Shown here in pieces: positions 29,307-40,167 of a DNA stretch of 46,161 nt. The position numbers and the translations under genes were made by a program. Each line of letters begins with the position of its first letter. The stretch's first letter is position 1. A model generated the notes under the pieces. That model was not told the DNA's origin. It did no database searches and saw only the letters and a list, made by a program, of their open reading frames with translations. Source of the stretch: a virus (lineage: Duplodnaviria > Heunggongvirae > Uroviricota > Caudoviricetes); the IMG/VR virus record IMGVR_UViG_3300028048_001412, positions 237,858 to 284,018 of that record; one strand, written 5' to 3'.

Positions 29307-30497
29307 TTATTCTTCAAATTCCTCTTCTATTATTTCCTCAATTCTTAAATGAGATGGATGAAATGATGTTTTAATATTATCATTAAAAGATTTAAAAATT
29401 TTGAAATTTACTAATTTTTTTGAATCATGAGAAGTAGAAACATTAAAATATATCTTTTTATTTTTATCTAAAGGTTCTAAATAACTAATTCTTACTTCTA
29501 ATGGATAACTATATTTCCATTCGATTTTCAAATTATTAGTTTTTACATTATTTAATATTAAATATGCTCCTGGTTTCTCTAATTCTTTATTATATCTAAT
29601 ATGAGGCGTAATTCCAACATAATCAGAAGTAATATTAAGATTCTTTATTTCTGAGTCTTCATCAATAGTTATATCAAGTGCATTGCTGTTACTAGAATTA
29701 TTACATATAAGACTTAAATTATTCACTATTGCTGATTTAAATTCTATCCAAGGTTCTCCTGTTGGTTGTTCTGGTTCTATTTTTTTAGCTTCTTTTTCAT
29801 CTAACCATATAATTTTATTATTATCAAATCTTTCACCTGTTATTTCAACTGATCCACTAACCATTAAAGTACTATTTTTCATATTCCCAAGAACAGCGGA
29901 AAAAGAATATAAATTACCTTCTATTTCAAACCATTCGTTATCATAATTATTATACCACACTAAACTATTTAATGTAGTTATTCCATTTTTGGATGCTTTT
30001 ATTTTACTTCCAACTTTATTTGAACGATTGAGATTTAAATCAAATTTGCTATCTATATATTTTAAATCTATAGAATCTAATTTACAATTATCGTTATCAT
30101 ATAATGAAAAAGCAGGATATTCATTACAAAATAGTTTTGGGATAATTACATTGCCTAAATCTAAATCTTTACCATGAGATGCCTTATTAGTCATATATAT
30201 TTTATTTATTTTATTCCATTCGGGGCTATTATTTAAATCTTGAACTTTTATAAATCTTTCCTTATATAATAAACAATCATCTAATCTATATTCAAAAATT
30301 TGATTATATTCTGATCTATAATTAATGCAAGTATCTTTTAAATATTCTCCGTCTAATTTACTAGCAAATACATACCATTCATTTTTAGCATTTTGTTTTC
30401 TTAAATGATAATTAAGAGCCCATGAATAATTCTTAAAATGTAAACAAGAATTATGTTTAAAAAATTGTTCTATATAAATTTTATTATATTTGAACAT
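29307..30497 (-). CDS. Paralog family member 12
   Basis: MFKYNK start, YVFASK, LLYKE; VRISYLEPLD compares with ITIYNLEPLN in member 7. Confidence 0.6.
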   Translation of the reverse strand: MFKYNKIYIEQFFKHNSCLHFKNYSWALNYHLRKQNAKNEWYVFASKLDGEYLKDTCINYRSEYNQIFEYRLDDCLLYKERFIKVQDLNNSPEWNKINKIYMTNKASHGKDLDLGNVIIPKLFCNEYPAFSLYDNDNCKLDSIDLKYIDSKFDLNLNRSNKVGSKIKASKNGITTLNSLVWYNNYDNEWFEIEGNLYSFSAVLGNMKNSTLMVSGSVEITGERFDNNKIIWLDEKEAKKIEPEQPTGEPWIEFKSAIVNNLSLICNNSSNSNALDITIDEDSEIKNLNITSDYVGITPHIRYNKELEKPGAYLILNNVKTNNLKIEWKYSYPLEVRISYLEPLDKNKKIYFNVSTSHDSKKLVNFKIFKSFNDNIKTSFHPSHLRIEEIIEEEFEE

Positions 30498-31779
30498 TAA
30501 TATGAACCTCTATTATTCCGTCTATAGTAGTATGAATGGATTTATTTGTATAAAGAGTATATGATTTAGAATTACGTCCATATTTATTAATTAATTCTAT
30601 ATTAGGACCCTTATAATCATTAATGCTTATAAGAAAATGACTACTTTTAGAAGATTTAGTAGATTGAAGTAATTTTATTTTAAATGCATCATTATTATTT
30701 CTAACTTTATCTGCTGAAAATGCATATACTCCATTATTTATAAGTGTTCTTGCTTCTATTTCTAATTCATCTTTTATATCTAATTCTATATTTGAAGTAA
30801 AATTAATTGCTTTTTTAGGTTTTATCAATCTTAAAGATGCTTTATTTGAGATTATTTTAGTATTTTTAATATTGCCACTATATTCATCTATCACTTTATC
30901 AAAATCTATATTTAATGTATTTGCTTTTATATTACAATTTTCAATAATATTAAAATGTCTCATTGTTAATTCATTACAATTTATATTAGTATTCTTTAAA
31001 ATCACTCCTCTATCTGTTAATATTTTAAAGCCTTTTAAATTCGAATCTATTATATTACATCCCATGGAAATCAATATTTCTTGTAATACTGTTAAATCTT
31101 CTATTTTTAAATATTTGCAACTCAAAAGATCTTGAAAATTTTTTAATACATGTTTTCCTTTAATTTCTACTGGTTCCTCAATGATGGAATTTATATCTTC
31201 ATGATTTGAAATTCCTAAACATCTTACTCTTTCTAATTTTTTATCTAATATTATTTCTTTAAGTTTAGTAGGATGAACTTTAATATTAACATAATATGCT
31301 GAATTTAATATAAGAGATGGATAAACTGAAGGATTTATAATTCCAGGTTCATCGGAGTCATATATGAGCAATGTTTCATTATTATATTCAGCATTGAAAG
31401 CATTTTTACTATTTTTATTTTTAAATACGTATTTTTTACCATAAGGAGTAGATTTTTCAATATTCTTAAATGTAGAACTTAATTTATATCTGTCTAATTC
31501 CATCAATCTATTTTCATAAATATCATTATATTCGTCAATCTCATTATTAAACATATTATTATAAATAGTTCTTATATCATCTATTCTATCATTATTTATC
31601 ATTACATTATTAAAGTCAAATTTCTTAAAAGTAGGAATTATAGTTCTATTTATATTATTTATATTTATTTTAAATAATGAATTATTATCTTGTAAAGGTT
31701 TTATTTTAACCATAGAGGCAGGAGAACCATGATCTTTAGTAACTATAATTTCATTTTTATATCTATATAGATTTACCAT
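30484..31779 (-). CDS. Paralog family member 13
   Basis: LYRYKN start, IIPTFKK; INDYKGP compares with member 10. Confidence 0.6.
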   Translation of the reverse strand: MVNLYRYKNEIIVTKDHGSPASMVKIKPLQDNNSLFKININNINRTIIPTFKKFDFNNVMINNDRIDDIRTIYNNMFNNEIDEYNDIYENRLMELDRYKLSSTFKNIEKSTPYGKKYVFKNKNSKNAFNAEYNNETLLIYDSDEPGIINPSVYPSLILNSAYYVNIKVHPTKLKEIILDKKLERVRCLGISNHEDINSIIEEPVEIKGKHVLKNFQDLLSCKYLKIEDLTVLQEILISMGCNIIDSNLKGFKILTDRGVILKNTNINCNELTMRHFNIIENCNIKANTLNIDFDKVIDEYSGNIKNTKIISNKASLRLIKPKKAINFTSNIELDIKDELEIEARTLINNGVYAFSADKVRNNNDAFKIKLLQSTKSSKSSHFLISINDYKGPNIELINKYGRNSKSYTLYTNKSIHTTIDGIIEVHINVQI

Positions 31780-32970
31780 CTATTTTAACCTTTCTTCTCC
31801 TATTTTTAAATAATTGACAGATTTATTTTCTTTAAATTGTTTAATAATATATTCTTTATTTAGTCCATTTATTTTCATTTTATTTATAATTACTTTTAAT
31901 CTATTATATCCTATTCCTTTAGATTCTATTTTAACATCTTCTATATTTGATAATTCATCTATAATTAATGTTGAACTTTCTCTAATTTCAATATATAAAT
32001 TTTTAGTAATCAATTTATTAAAATGAATATTCATTCCGGAACTACATTCAATATCAAGAGATTTAGAATGAATAGATATATTATCCATATTTATATCTTT
32101 ATTATAAGGATTTCCTTTAACAACATCATCATTTTGAATTTTTAATAATAAGTTATATTTATTTCCATTTATAGTTATATTATTTAATTTAGAAACTATT
32201 CCTTCGTCATTTTTTAAATGAATATCTATTACAAATCTTTTATAAATATTTCCTCTAAAAGAATCATTTAACTTTTTAAAGTATAGTTCTCCACCTGCAA
32301 TTATAAAAGAAGCATTATTCATATAATTAGCCATTATATTTAATTCATCATGAACAACACCCTTAATATTTTCAAAATTACCATCTTCTAATATTAATTG
32401 ATTACTATCTAAATGATATTTTTCATTGGATATTTTTGCATTACTAGAAGAGCCTTGAATATTATATTTATCAATTGTGATTTTTGCTGGAATTATAGTT
32501 CCATTTAGATCAGCATTTATAGATATATTCGGATTAATTAAATCAGAAAGATCTAATTTATTATTAGCATTCATTATATCAAGTGATGTTCTACATAAAT
32601 CAATGTATTTCGGAAGTTTAAATTCATTATAATTACAATCTAATATTATACTATCTCCAGGATCATCTTTTACGTACTCTTTTAATCCTTCTATTTTATC
32701 TTTATAAAGTCTAAATTCTGGAGAATTACAATATCTAAATTGTGATATTTTATATAATTTCAAATAATAAGGTAATTCTACATTAGATAATTCATTATTC
32801 AAATCTTCATTTAGATTGAAATCCGAATCAAAATCATTTATGAATTCTTTTATCTCTCTGAATTTTAGTTTCATAGGAACAACATAATTATAATAATTAT
32901 CACCTACTGAAATATTCATTTCCCGATCGCCATATACTAGCCATTGATTCTTATGTTTATAACACCACAT
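31780..32970 (-). CDS. Paralog family member 14
   Basis: WCYKHKN start, YVVPMKL, YYLKL, LIIDEL. Confidence 0.65.
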   Translation of the reverse strand: MWCYKHKNQWLVYGDREMNISVGDNYYNYVVPMKLKFREIKEFINDFDSDFNLNEDLNNELSNVELPYYLKLYKISQFRYCNSPEFRLYKDKIEGLKEYVKDDPGDSIILDCNYNEFKLPKYIDLCRTSLDIMNANNKLDLSDLINPNISINADLNGTIIPAKITIDKYNIQGSSSNAKISNEKYHLDSNQLILEDGNFENIKGVVHDELNIMANYMNNASFIIAGGELYFKKLNDSFRGNIYKRFVIDIHLKNDEGIVSKLNNITINGNKYNLLLKIQNDDVVKGNPYNKDINMDNISIHSKSLDIECSSGMNIHFNKLITKNLYIEIRESSTLIIDELSNIEDVKIESKGIGYNRLKVIINKMKINGLNKEYIIKQFKENKSVNYLKIGEERLK

Positions 32971-33000
32971 TGTTCATACTTTTCCTTTTTCACTCCTTTA

Positions 33001-33029
33001 ATTATACTGGATTTTTCGTGAATTTTCAA
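33001..33029 (-). promoter_or_regulatory. Sigma-A/70-type promoter for paralogs 14 to 9
   Basis: Minus strand TTGAAA, 17-nt spacer, TATAAT, followed by AAAGGAG. Confidence 0.7.
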
Positions 33030-33053
33030 TAAAAAATATTATAAAAAATAAAT

Positions 33054-33084
33054 AAAAGACAGATGTAATATCTGTCTTTTTTTT
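33054..33084. terminator. Intrinsic terminator (bidirectional) after the nrd operon
   Basis: AAAAGACAGAT-gtaat-ATCTGTCTTTT with A/T tracts on both sides. Confidence 0.85.
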
Positions 33085-33094
33085 GCAATTGTTT

Positions 33095-33325
33095 TCAATT
33101 GAATTCACTATTTGCAATTAAAATACATTGAATTTTTTCTTGGTATTCATCCGATCCATAATCGTCCCACCCTATTTCAGAAGGAATTTGTTGATGAGTC
33201 TCTATGAAACAAGAATGTTTATACCATCTGAAACTATCCGGTAAGTTTTTATAGGCAAAATACCATACAATTCCTTTATATGGAACGGTATTAGTAATTC
33301 TATACTTAATGTCTTTTACATGCAT
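33095..33325 (-). CDS. Hypothetical protein
   Basis: 76-aa ORF directly after nrdG. Confidence 0.55.
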   Translation of the reverse strand: MHVKDIKYRITNTVPYKGIVWYFAYKNLPDSFRWYKHSCFIETHQQIPSEIGWDDYGSDEYQEKIQCILIANSEFN

Positions 33326-33327
33326 TT

Positions 33328-33786
33328 TTAATTATCTTTTAATTTTATGATATTTTGATTTCTACTTCCTCTAAATTCTAAAGTTAAATCTTTTTGTTCT
33401 TCTATGAACGGTCCATCGACTAAAACATCTATATAATTCATAATTTCCAAATCTTTTACTTCTTCGTATAAATATCCCGTATATAACCAAATAGTTTTAT
33501 TAGGAAGAACTGTTTTAATTGTTTTGCATATTCTTAAAACTTCTTCTCTATTATCTGGAAATAAAGGATCACCTCCGGATAAAGTTAAACCATCTATATA
33601 ATCATGATTAAGATAAGTGATTAAATCATTTAAAGTTTTATCTGTAAATTCTTTACCATAATTTTTATCCCAAGTTTTTAGATTTTGACAATTTTTACAA
33701 TTATGATTACAACCAGAAGTGAAAAGAACTACTCTCCATCCTTCTCCATCAGTTAAACTTGATTTGTAAATCCCACAATAATTCAA
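33328..33786 (-). CDS. nrdG: Anaerobic ribonucleotide reductase activase (copy 2)
   Basis: DGEGWRVVLFTSGCNHNCKNCQN, GLTLSGGDP, WLYTGY, LVDGPF, FRGSRNQ. Confidence 0.95.
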   Translation of the reverse strand: MNYCGIYKSSLTDGEGWRVVLFTSGCNHNCKNCQNLKTWDKNYGKEFTDKTLNDLITYLNHDYIDGLTLSGGDPLFPDNREEVLRICKTIKTVLPNKTIWLYTGYLYEEVKDLEIMNYIDVLVDGPFIEEQKDLTLEFRGSRNQNIIKLKDN

Positions 33787-33800
33787 TTTAATTCACCTAC

Positions 33801-34484
33801 CTAACAATGTACTTCTACTTTACAAAGCCACATCTTTTTTGCTTTCTTGAAATTCTTCTCATTTAATTGTTTTTCAAGTTCTTTATATTTTTTATTTAAA
33901 TCACTAATCTTATTTGCATATTCATCTAATTTTTCTTGTATATATTCAGATCTTAAATCTCCTTTACATACAGGACATTTTTGATTATAATGAATAAATG
34001 TGAATTCAGACTTATTATCCCAATCTTTATAATCAAGATTTGCTGCTTTTCCACCTTGATTTATTCTTCTATTAAATTCTTCTGAAATATATTGTCTATT
34101 TATTTTACTTCCGCAATGTTTACATCCTATATATTGAACTTTTTGTTTTTGTACACTATGTTCTAATGCATATTTAAATCCTTGCTCTTTTAATTTTTCA
34201 GCTTGTTCTTTTAATTTTTTCATTGCTGATTTAGGTTCAATTTTAGGATATTCATAATAAATTACACCTCTATCAACATAAGAACCTAAACCATCAAGAT
34301 ATCTTTCCGCTTCATCTCTAGTTTTAAACTCTCTATTTTCTTCAAATTTAAAATTACCGTGATATCTACCAGATGGATTTTCTTGTCTGTCACAATTATA
34401 AGATGCCCATTCTTGAATTTCGGCTAATATTTTATTTTTGTTGGTTCCATAAGGAAAATCTAACATTTCAATGCAATGACCCAT
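33801..34484 (-). CDS. Hypothetical zinc-finger/coiled-coil protein
   Basis: CKHC and CPVC motifs flanked by coiled-coil-like segments. Confidence 0.65.
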   Translation of the reverse strand: MGHCIEMLDFPYGTNKNKILAEIQEWASYNCDRQENPSGRYHGNFKFEENREFKTRDEAERYLDGLGSYVDRGVIYYEYPKIEPKSAMKKLKEQAEKLKEQGFKYALEHSVQKQKVQYIGCKHCGSKINRQYISEEFNRRINQGGKAANLDYKDWDNKSEFTFIHYNQKCPVCKGDLRSEYIQEKLDEYANKISDLNKKYKELEKQLNEKNFKKAKKMWLCKVEVHC

Positions 34485-34490
34485 AATTCA

Positions 34491-35570
34491 TTATCCTTTT
34501 ACATACCAGCTACATAATACTATAGGAGAATTATTACCAGCATCTACAAATTCATTTAAATAATAATCATTTTTACCTTCATATAATTTTTTACATATTT
34601 CAAACATTATATCTGAAAGTATTTCTGGATTTTTATCTGTTTCTACTGTTAAATTCACTAATGTTGTTTCTTCATCTTCTTTAGTAATTCTTATTTGTTT
34701 AGCTTTTACATCATAAGGTTTTAGTTCTTTCTTTAATTTTTTAAGTAATTCTTTTCCTGTATTTGTATCAGCCTCTTCACCATCAAAATCTATATTTTTC
34801 AATAAAGATTCTTGTTTTTCAATTGCATTTATAAAAGTAGATAATGAAGATATTTGAACTCTTATGGCATCTCTCATCTTTCCGTTTATATCATCTTTAA
34901 ATTCTTTAGATTTTGAAAATGAAGTTAATGAATCCAAGTAATTCTTTGCCTCATCTTTTAATTGTTCATTTATTTTAAAAGATATTGAATCATTAGTTAT
35001 TTTCTTTGGTTTTTCAGTAGATTTAGATTGTTTTTTAGGTTTTTCTTCAGGTTCTCCAAAATCTTTAATTAATTGATCTACTGTTTTAGTTCCTTCTTTT
35101 GGAATTTCATATAAATGATTTTTTCTACCTTTTAATCCATCATATACTCTATAAACATCTGAAATAGTAATATCAGGACAACCATGTCCTCCAAATCCTG
35201 AAGCTTCCGCTTTATTCATTCTATCCCAAGCATATTTAGGACCATCTTCTTTTTCAAAATATTTAACTACTTGTTTTGCGTGATCTGCAATATAATTAAA
35301 TATTTTCTTTTCATCTGCATTAAACCAACTATTATATTTGGAACCATATGAATAAGAAGAACTATCATAAATTTTTAATATAATATTCTTTCCGTCATCT
35401 TCTACATCAGTACAAGACCACATATCAGTAATAGATTTGTTGTTTGAATTTTCCCACATTCCATCACTTAATTGACCCATTACTGAATCAATTACTTCCA
35501 TTGCTACTTTATCTCCAGTAGGAAATGGAGTAATTACTATTCTTTCATTTCTTTGAGCGTTAGATGCCAT
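34491..35570 (-). CDS. Hypothetical multi-domain protein
   Basis: GQLSDGMWEN N-terminal domain, Lys/Pro/Glu linker (EPEEKPKKQSKSTEKPKK), C-terminal domain. Confidence 0.65.
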   Translation of the reverse strand: MASNAQRNERIVITPFPTGDKVAMEVIDSVMGQLSDGMWENSNNKSITDMWSCTDVEDDGKNIILKIYDSSSYSYGSKYNSWFNADEKKIFNYIADHAKQVVKYFEKEDGPKYAWDRMNKAEASGFGGHGCPDITISDVYRVYDGLKGRKNHLYEIPKEGTKTVDQLIKDFGEPEEKPKKQSKSTEKPKKITNDSISFKINEQLKDEAKNYLDSLTSFSKSKEFKDDINGKMRDAIRVQISSLSTFINAIEKQESLLKNIDFDGEEADTNTGKELLKKLKKELKPYDVKAKQIRITKEDEETTLVNLTVETDKNPEILSDIMFEICKKLYEGKNDYYLNEFVDAGNNSPIVLCSWYVKG

Positions 35571-35575
35571 TTTTA

Positions 35576-36043
35576 TTAATCCTTTTCTTTCAATGGAATT
35601 ATTTTTTGATTAGATGACCCTCTAAATTCTAAAGATAAGTCTTTTTTACTTTCAATAAATGGACCATCCACTAAAAAATCCACTTGTTTTAATATTTTAT
35701 CAGTAAATTCAGTATTAGGAATATTTTCTTTATTATATCCAGTATATAACCATACATTTTTCTTTAAATCTTTTATTTTATTTAATATATTTAATACTCC
35801 CTCTTGATTCAAAGGATCTAAAGGTTCTCCACCTAAAATGGTTATTCCATCATATTGAGATTTAGATAATTCATTATAAATATGATTTAATAATTTATCA
35901 TTTAATTTTTGACCGTAATTAAAATCCCAAGCTATTTTATTAAAACATCCTTCACAATGAATATTACAACCGGAAACAAATATAGATAATCTTATTCCTT
36001 TACCATTTGCTATGTCATTTGTTATTATTTGAGCGATATTCAT
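35576..36043 (-). CDS. nrdG: Anaerobic ribonucleotide reductase activase (copy 1)
   Basis: DIANGKGIRLSIFVSGCNIHCEGCFN, GITILGGEP, WLYTGY, LVDGPF, FRGSSNQ. Confidence 0.95.
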   Translation of the reverse strand: MNIAQIITNDIANGKGIRLSIFVSGCNIHCEGCFNKIAWDFNYGQKLNDKLLNHIYNELSKSQYDGITILGGEPLDPLNQEGVLNILNKIKDLKKNVWLYTGYNKENIPNTEFTDKILKQVDFLVDGPFIESKKDLSLEFRGSSNQKIIPLKEKD

Positions 36044-38253
36044 TATTTTTCTTCCTCAACTTCCATTTCTTTAATGCTTACATGCTCAACTCTTTCATCT
36101 ATTTCTTGAGTTCTACCTTGGTTCCAATATTGTGAACCCAAATATCCACAAGTTCTTCTTGAAACATACATTTTTCCTTGATCTCTATTATGACAATTAG
36201 GGCATTCCCAAACTAATTTTCCAGTTTCATCTTTAATTATATTTATTTGACCTTCATATCCACAATTTCTACAAATATCTTGTTTTAAATTGATTTCTGC
36301 ATACATAATTGAATTATAAATATGTTGAAGAATTTTAATTATTGCATCTAAATTATTTTGCATATTTGGCAATTCAACATAAGAAACAGCACCACCTGGG
36401 CTTAATGCTTGATATTCACCTTCTAAAGTTAATTTATCAAATGCTGAAATATTTTCTCTAACATTAACGTGATATGAATTAGTAATATAATTATGATCAG
36501 TAACTTCTTTAATTATGCCAAATCTCTTTTGTAAACATTTAGCAAATTTATAAGTAGTAGATTCAATAGGAGTTCCATATATTGAATAATCTATATCTTC
36601 TTCTTTTTTCCATTTAGCGCATTTATCATTAAGGAATTTCATTATTTTCATACCTAATTTTTTACCTTTTTCAGAGGTATGAGATTCATTTACCATTGCA
36701 TATACACATTCATATAATCCAGCATATCCTAATGATATAGTAGAATAACCATGATATAATAAATTATCTATTGTTTCCCCTGGTTTTAATCTTGCCAACG
36801 CTCCATCTTGCCACATTAAAGGAGATACATCTGATAATGTTCCTTTTAATCTTTCATGTCTTATTTGTAATACTCTATGACACATTTCACATCTTTCATC
36901 TAATAATTGCCAGAATTTATCTTCATCACCTTTAGAACTTAATGCCACATCTGGAAGATTGATTGTGCACACTCCTTGATTAAATCTTCCCCAATATTTA
37001 TGTTTTCCTTTTTTAGAATTTAATGCGTGAGCTGGATCTTCCATTTCATCAGAAAATCTATCTGGAGTAAGAAAACTTCTACATCCCATACAACTATACA
37101 CGTCACCTTTTAATTCTTTCATTACTTTAGCACTTATATAATCAGGAACCATTCTTTTTGCACTACATTCAGCGGCTAATTTTGTTAACCAGAAATATTC
37201 AGTTCCTTCTTTTATATTATCTTTATCTAAAACATATATTAATTTTGGAAAACTAGGATTAACCCAAGTTCCAGAAGAATCTTTAACTCCTTTAATTCTT
37301 TGTTCTAACATTGTTTTTATAAGTAAAGCCAAATCTTCTTTTGTTTGAGGATCTTTTACTTCATTTAAATACATAAATACAGTAATAAAAGGAGCTTGCC
37401 CATTAGTTGTTTGAAGAGTTGTATATTCATATTGAAGAGATTGAATTCCTTGTTTTACTTCGTGCTCTAATTCTTCTTTTATTATTTTATTTTTTAATTT
37501 AGTATCTAATCCTTCAATTTTATCTAAACGTTCTTTAATTGATTTCCTACTTATATCTACAAAAGGAGCCAAATGAGATAAAGTAATAGTTTGACCTCCA
37601 TATTGATTTGAAGCAACTACTGCTGAAATTTGAGAAGCTAAAGTGCAAGCCACTCTAAATGAATGAGGTTTATCTATATGATAACCCGAAATATTAGTTC
37701 CATTTTGTAACATATCTTCAAGATTTACTAAACAACAATTATGTTCTCTATGAATCATATAATCTTCATCGTGAATATGAATTATTCCTTCTTCATGTGC
37801 TTTTGCCAAATCTTTAGGAACAATATATTTATTAGTATAATATCTTGAATATTCTCCTGCGACATAATCTCTTTGAACAGAAAGGATAGTTGGATTCTTA
37901 TTTGAATTTTCTTGTTTTACTTCTTCATTAGTATTATCTAATACTTCATTTATCCTAGCATCAATTTCACTTTTATTTCTAATTTCTCTTTTCTCATATC
38001 TATATTCAATATAACTTTTAGCAACATTAAAATCGACTTTTGCTAATATTTGTTCTAATATATCTGATATTTCATCAGTATTGACATCTCTATTTATTTT
38101 TTGAAGTTTAGATACTGTTTTATTTATTATATAAACAATATCATCTTCTTGTAAAACATTATTACAACTAGCATTAGTCTTTTCTATTGCTTGTCTTAAT
38201 TTGTTAATATTAAATTCTACTCTTTTTCCATTGTTTTTAATTACTTGATTCAT
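36043..38253 (-). CDS. nrdD: Class III anaerobic ribonucleoside-triphosphate reductase
   Basis: N-terminal ATP cone, HIHD, NCCL, QYGGQT, FPKL, MGCRS, GRFNQGV, YITNSYH, two CxxC motifs, glycyl-radical RRTCGYL. Confidence 0.97.
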   Translation of the reverse strand: MNQVIKNNGKRVEFNINKLRQAIEKTNASCNNVLQEDDIVYIINKTVSKLQKINRDVNTDEISDILEQILAKVDFNVAKSYIEYRYEKREIRNKSEIDARINEVLDNTNEEVKQENSNKNPTILSVQRDYVAGEYSRYYTNKYIVPKDLAKAHEEGIIHIHDEDYMIHREHNCCLVNLEDMLQNGTNISGYHIDKPHSFRVACTLASQISAVVASNQYGGQTITLSHLAPFVDISRKSIKERLDKIEGLDTKLKNKIIKEELEHEVKQGIQSLQYEYTTLQTTNGQAPFITVFMYLNEVKDPQTKEDLALLIKTMLEQRIKGVKDSSGTWVNPSFPKLIYVLDKDNIKEGTEYFWLTKLAAECSAKRMVPDYISAKVMKELKGDVYSCMGCRSFLTPDRFSDEMEDPAHALNSKKGKHKYWGRFNQGVCTINLPDVALSSKGDEDKFWQLLDERCEMCHRVLQIRHERLKGTLSDVSPLMWQDGALARLKPGETIDNLLYHGYSTISLGYAGLYECVYAMVNESHTSEKGKKLGMKIMKFLNDKCAKWKKEEDIDYSIYGTPIESTTYKFAKCLQKRFGIIKEVTDHNYITNSYHVNVRENISAFDKLTLEGEYQALSPGGAVSYVELPNMQNNLDAIIKILQHIYNSIMYAEINLKQDICRNCGYEGQINIIKDETGKLVWECPNCHNRDQGKMYVSRRTCGYLGSQYWNQGRTQEIDERVEHVSIKEMEVEEEK

Positions 38254-38310
38254 AATTTAGACTTCCTTTCTGAAAAGCTTTAAAAATATTATTCTATATA
38301 TTATACGTTA

Positions 38311-38351
38311 AAAATAAGAGAATTTCTATAAAATTTATTATGAAATTCTCT
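38311..38351 (-). terminator. Probable intrinsic terminator after paralog 15
   Basis: AGAGAATTTC (38317-38326) / GAAATTCTCT (38342-38351) inverted repeat, followed on the minus strand by TATTTTT. Confidence 0.55.
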
Positions 38352-38399
38352 CAAATTATTCAATATATTCAACTATTTTTGACTAATATTTAAACAATA

Positions 38400-39584
38400 T
38401 TATGCATTAAATTCATACATTCTTCCGCACCAACCGTTTTGTTTAAAATTAATAGGTTTTATATTTTTCTTACCGTTATATTCTCCTAAATTTATAGTTA
38501 AATTAGTTCCTTTAAGAAATCTTATTTGACAATATCTATTCCCAACTATATTATCTATTTGTATTTTTCCTTCTAAATTAGGTGCTTCTAAATTAAAAAC
38601 GACCATTTCTTTATCTCTTAAATCTAATGTTCCTATATGGAGATTTAATTTATTTACAGGATTTTTATTATATTTTCTATCATATTGTTCTGCATCAATA
38701 TTAAAATCATTTAATCTCAATTGTTTTATAAATATTTCTTTTTTAGAATGTAATTTAGTAGACATTTGACCGCAATCTAATTTATCTATTTGTATTTTAG
38801 TATCCCATCTTTTATCAGTATCTCTTATATGAAATATATCTGTTTTACATTCTTCAATTATACATTCTGAACTATAAATTGTTAAGTCAAAACAATTTAA
38901 TTTCTTTGTTTCTATTTTACTTCCTGAATTTAAAGATATATTTTTAAATCTAAAATTATCTCCTATTAAATAAGTCCCATATAAGTTTAAATTCACTTTA
39001 TCATTTATATATTTAAAGAAATTAGGATTAAGAATGACTCCTTTAGAATGAATAAATAAATGACTTAAATGAGGACATTTTATTATCTTATCATTATCTG
39101 TAAGGTCTAAATTCAACGTTTTTCCATAATAAGGTAAATCTAATTCTTTAAATCTTACAGGCTTAATTTCACTTTCAAAGAATGGAAAATCTATTTTTAT
39201 TTTGTAATCTTTTTCTTTTTGACCTGTAATTTTTCCTATTCCTTTTTGTTTAACTATTAATGATTTATCTTTATTATATTTTATTTCTCCTATTTTACCT
39301 AAAGTATAAGCATATAAATCATCTTCATCATCAAAGAAAGGTCCATTGTCTAAATTTGGACCTTCATGAGAACCATCAGCATATTTTCCTCTCGTTAAAT
39401 CTAAAGTTTCAGGCAAAGAATTCATTAAATCAGTAATATTTTTATAATTCATTGCATGATAAGTGATGGGTTTTATAGATTCTAATTTGCAAGGATAAAA
39501 TAAACAAGGATAATTTATTTTATCGTCATTATCAGTATAACCATATATATGAGGATATTTAATTTTATCATATATTTTAGACAT
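38400..39584 (-). CDS. Paralog family member 15
   Basis: LFYPCKL, YGKTLNLDL, IQIDKL, LHIGTL. Confidence 0.65.
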   Translation of the reverse strand: MSKIYDKIKYPHIYGYTDNDDKINYPCLFYPCKLESIKPITYHAMNYKNITDLMNSLPETLDLTRGKYADGSHEGPNLDNGPFFDDEDDLYAYTLGKIGEIKYNKDKSLIVKQKGIGKITGQKEKDYKIKIDFPFFESEIKPVRFKELDLPYYGKTLNLDLTDNDKIIKCPHLSHLFIHSKGVILNPNFFKYINDKVNLNLYGTYLIGDNFRFKNISLNSGSKIETKKLNCFDLTIYSSECIIEECKTDIFHIRDTDKRWDTKIQIDKLDCGQMSTKLHSKKEIFIKQLRLNDFNIDAEQYDRKYNKNPVNKLNLHIGTLDLRDKEMVVFNLEAPNLEGKIQIDNIVGNRYCQIRFLKGTNLTINLGEYNGKKNIKPINFKQNGWCGRMYEFNA

Positions 39585-39588
39585 TTTT

Positions 39589-40146
39589 TTAACCTATGTA
39601 ATTTTGTTCGCAATAAGCTTCTTGACCTTCTAATGAATAATCTTTATCAAAATCATCTTTTGATATTTCACTTATTTCATTTGACTCTAAATATTCTCCT
39701 GATTTCCAATCTTTTATGAATTTATTAAGAGTATAACCTTTAGATTTTATTTCATATTCATAACATGCTTCATTTTCAATTAAATATATCTTTTTTCCTT
39801 TTAATACACAGGCTGCATTATAATCTAATTTATTCCATTTCAATTTAGGAGTAGATTCATCAGTATAATCTTTGACTTTAAATTGGCCTAATTTTTCAAA
39901 TGATTTCTTGAAATTAGAAAAATTAGAACAAAGACTTCTGATTAAATCTCTATCTTTTCCGTTTAATTTATTCCATAATTGTTTGTCTACTTTTTGAATA
40001 TTTAATATCCATTCCAAACTATCTTCTAAATCATTTAAATGTCTTAAAGAACCATAATTACTATCGTCTACTCCATCAATTACTTCTTCCAATTGAGCTA
40101 ATTGTTCTTCAGTAATTTGAATTTTCTTTTTAACAGATTTACTCAT
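39589..40146 (-). CDS. Hypothetical protein
   Basis: 185-aa ORF. Confidence 0.6.
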   Translation of the reverse strand: MSKSVKKKIQITEEQLAQLEEVIDGVDDSNYGSLRHLNDLEDSLEWILNIQKVDKQLWNKLNGKDRDLIRSLCSNFSNFKKSFEKLGQFKVKDYTDESTPKLKWNKLDYNAACVLKGKKIYLIENEACYEYEIKSKGYTLNKFIKDWKSGEYLESNEISEISKDDFDKDYSLEGQEAYCEQNYIG

Positions 40147-40167
40147 ATTATCATTTCATCCTAATAA

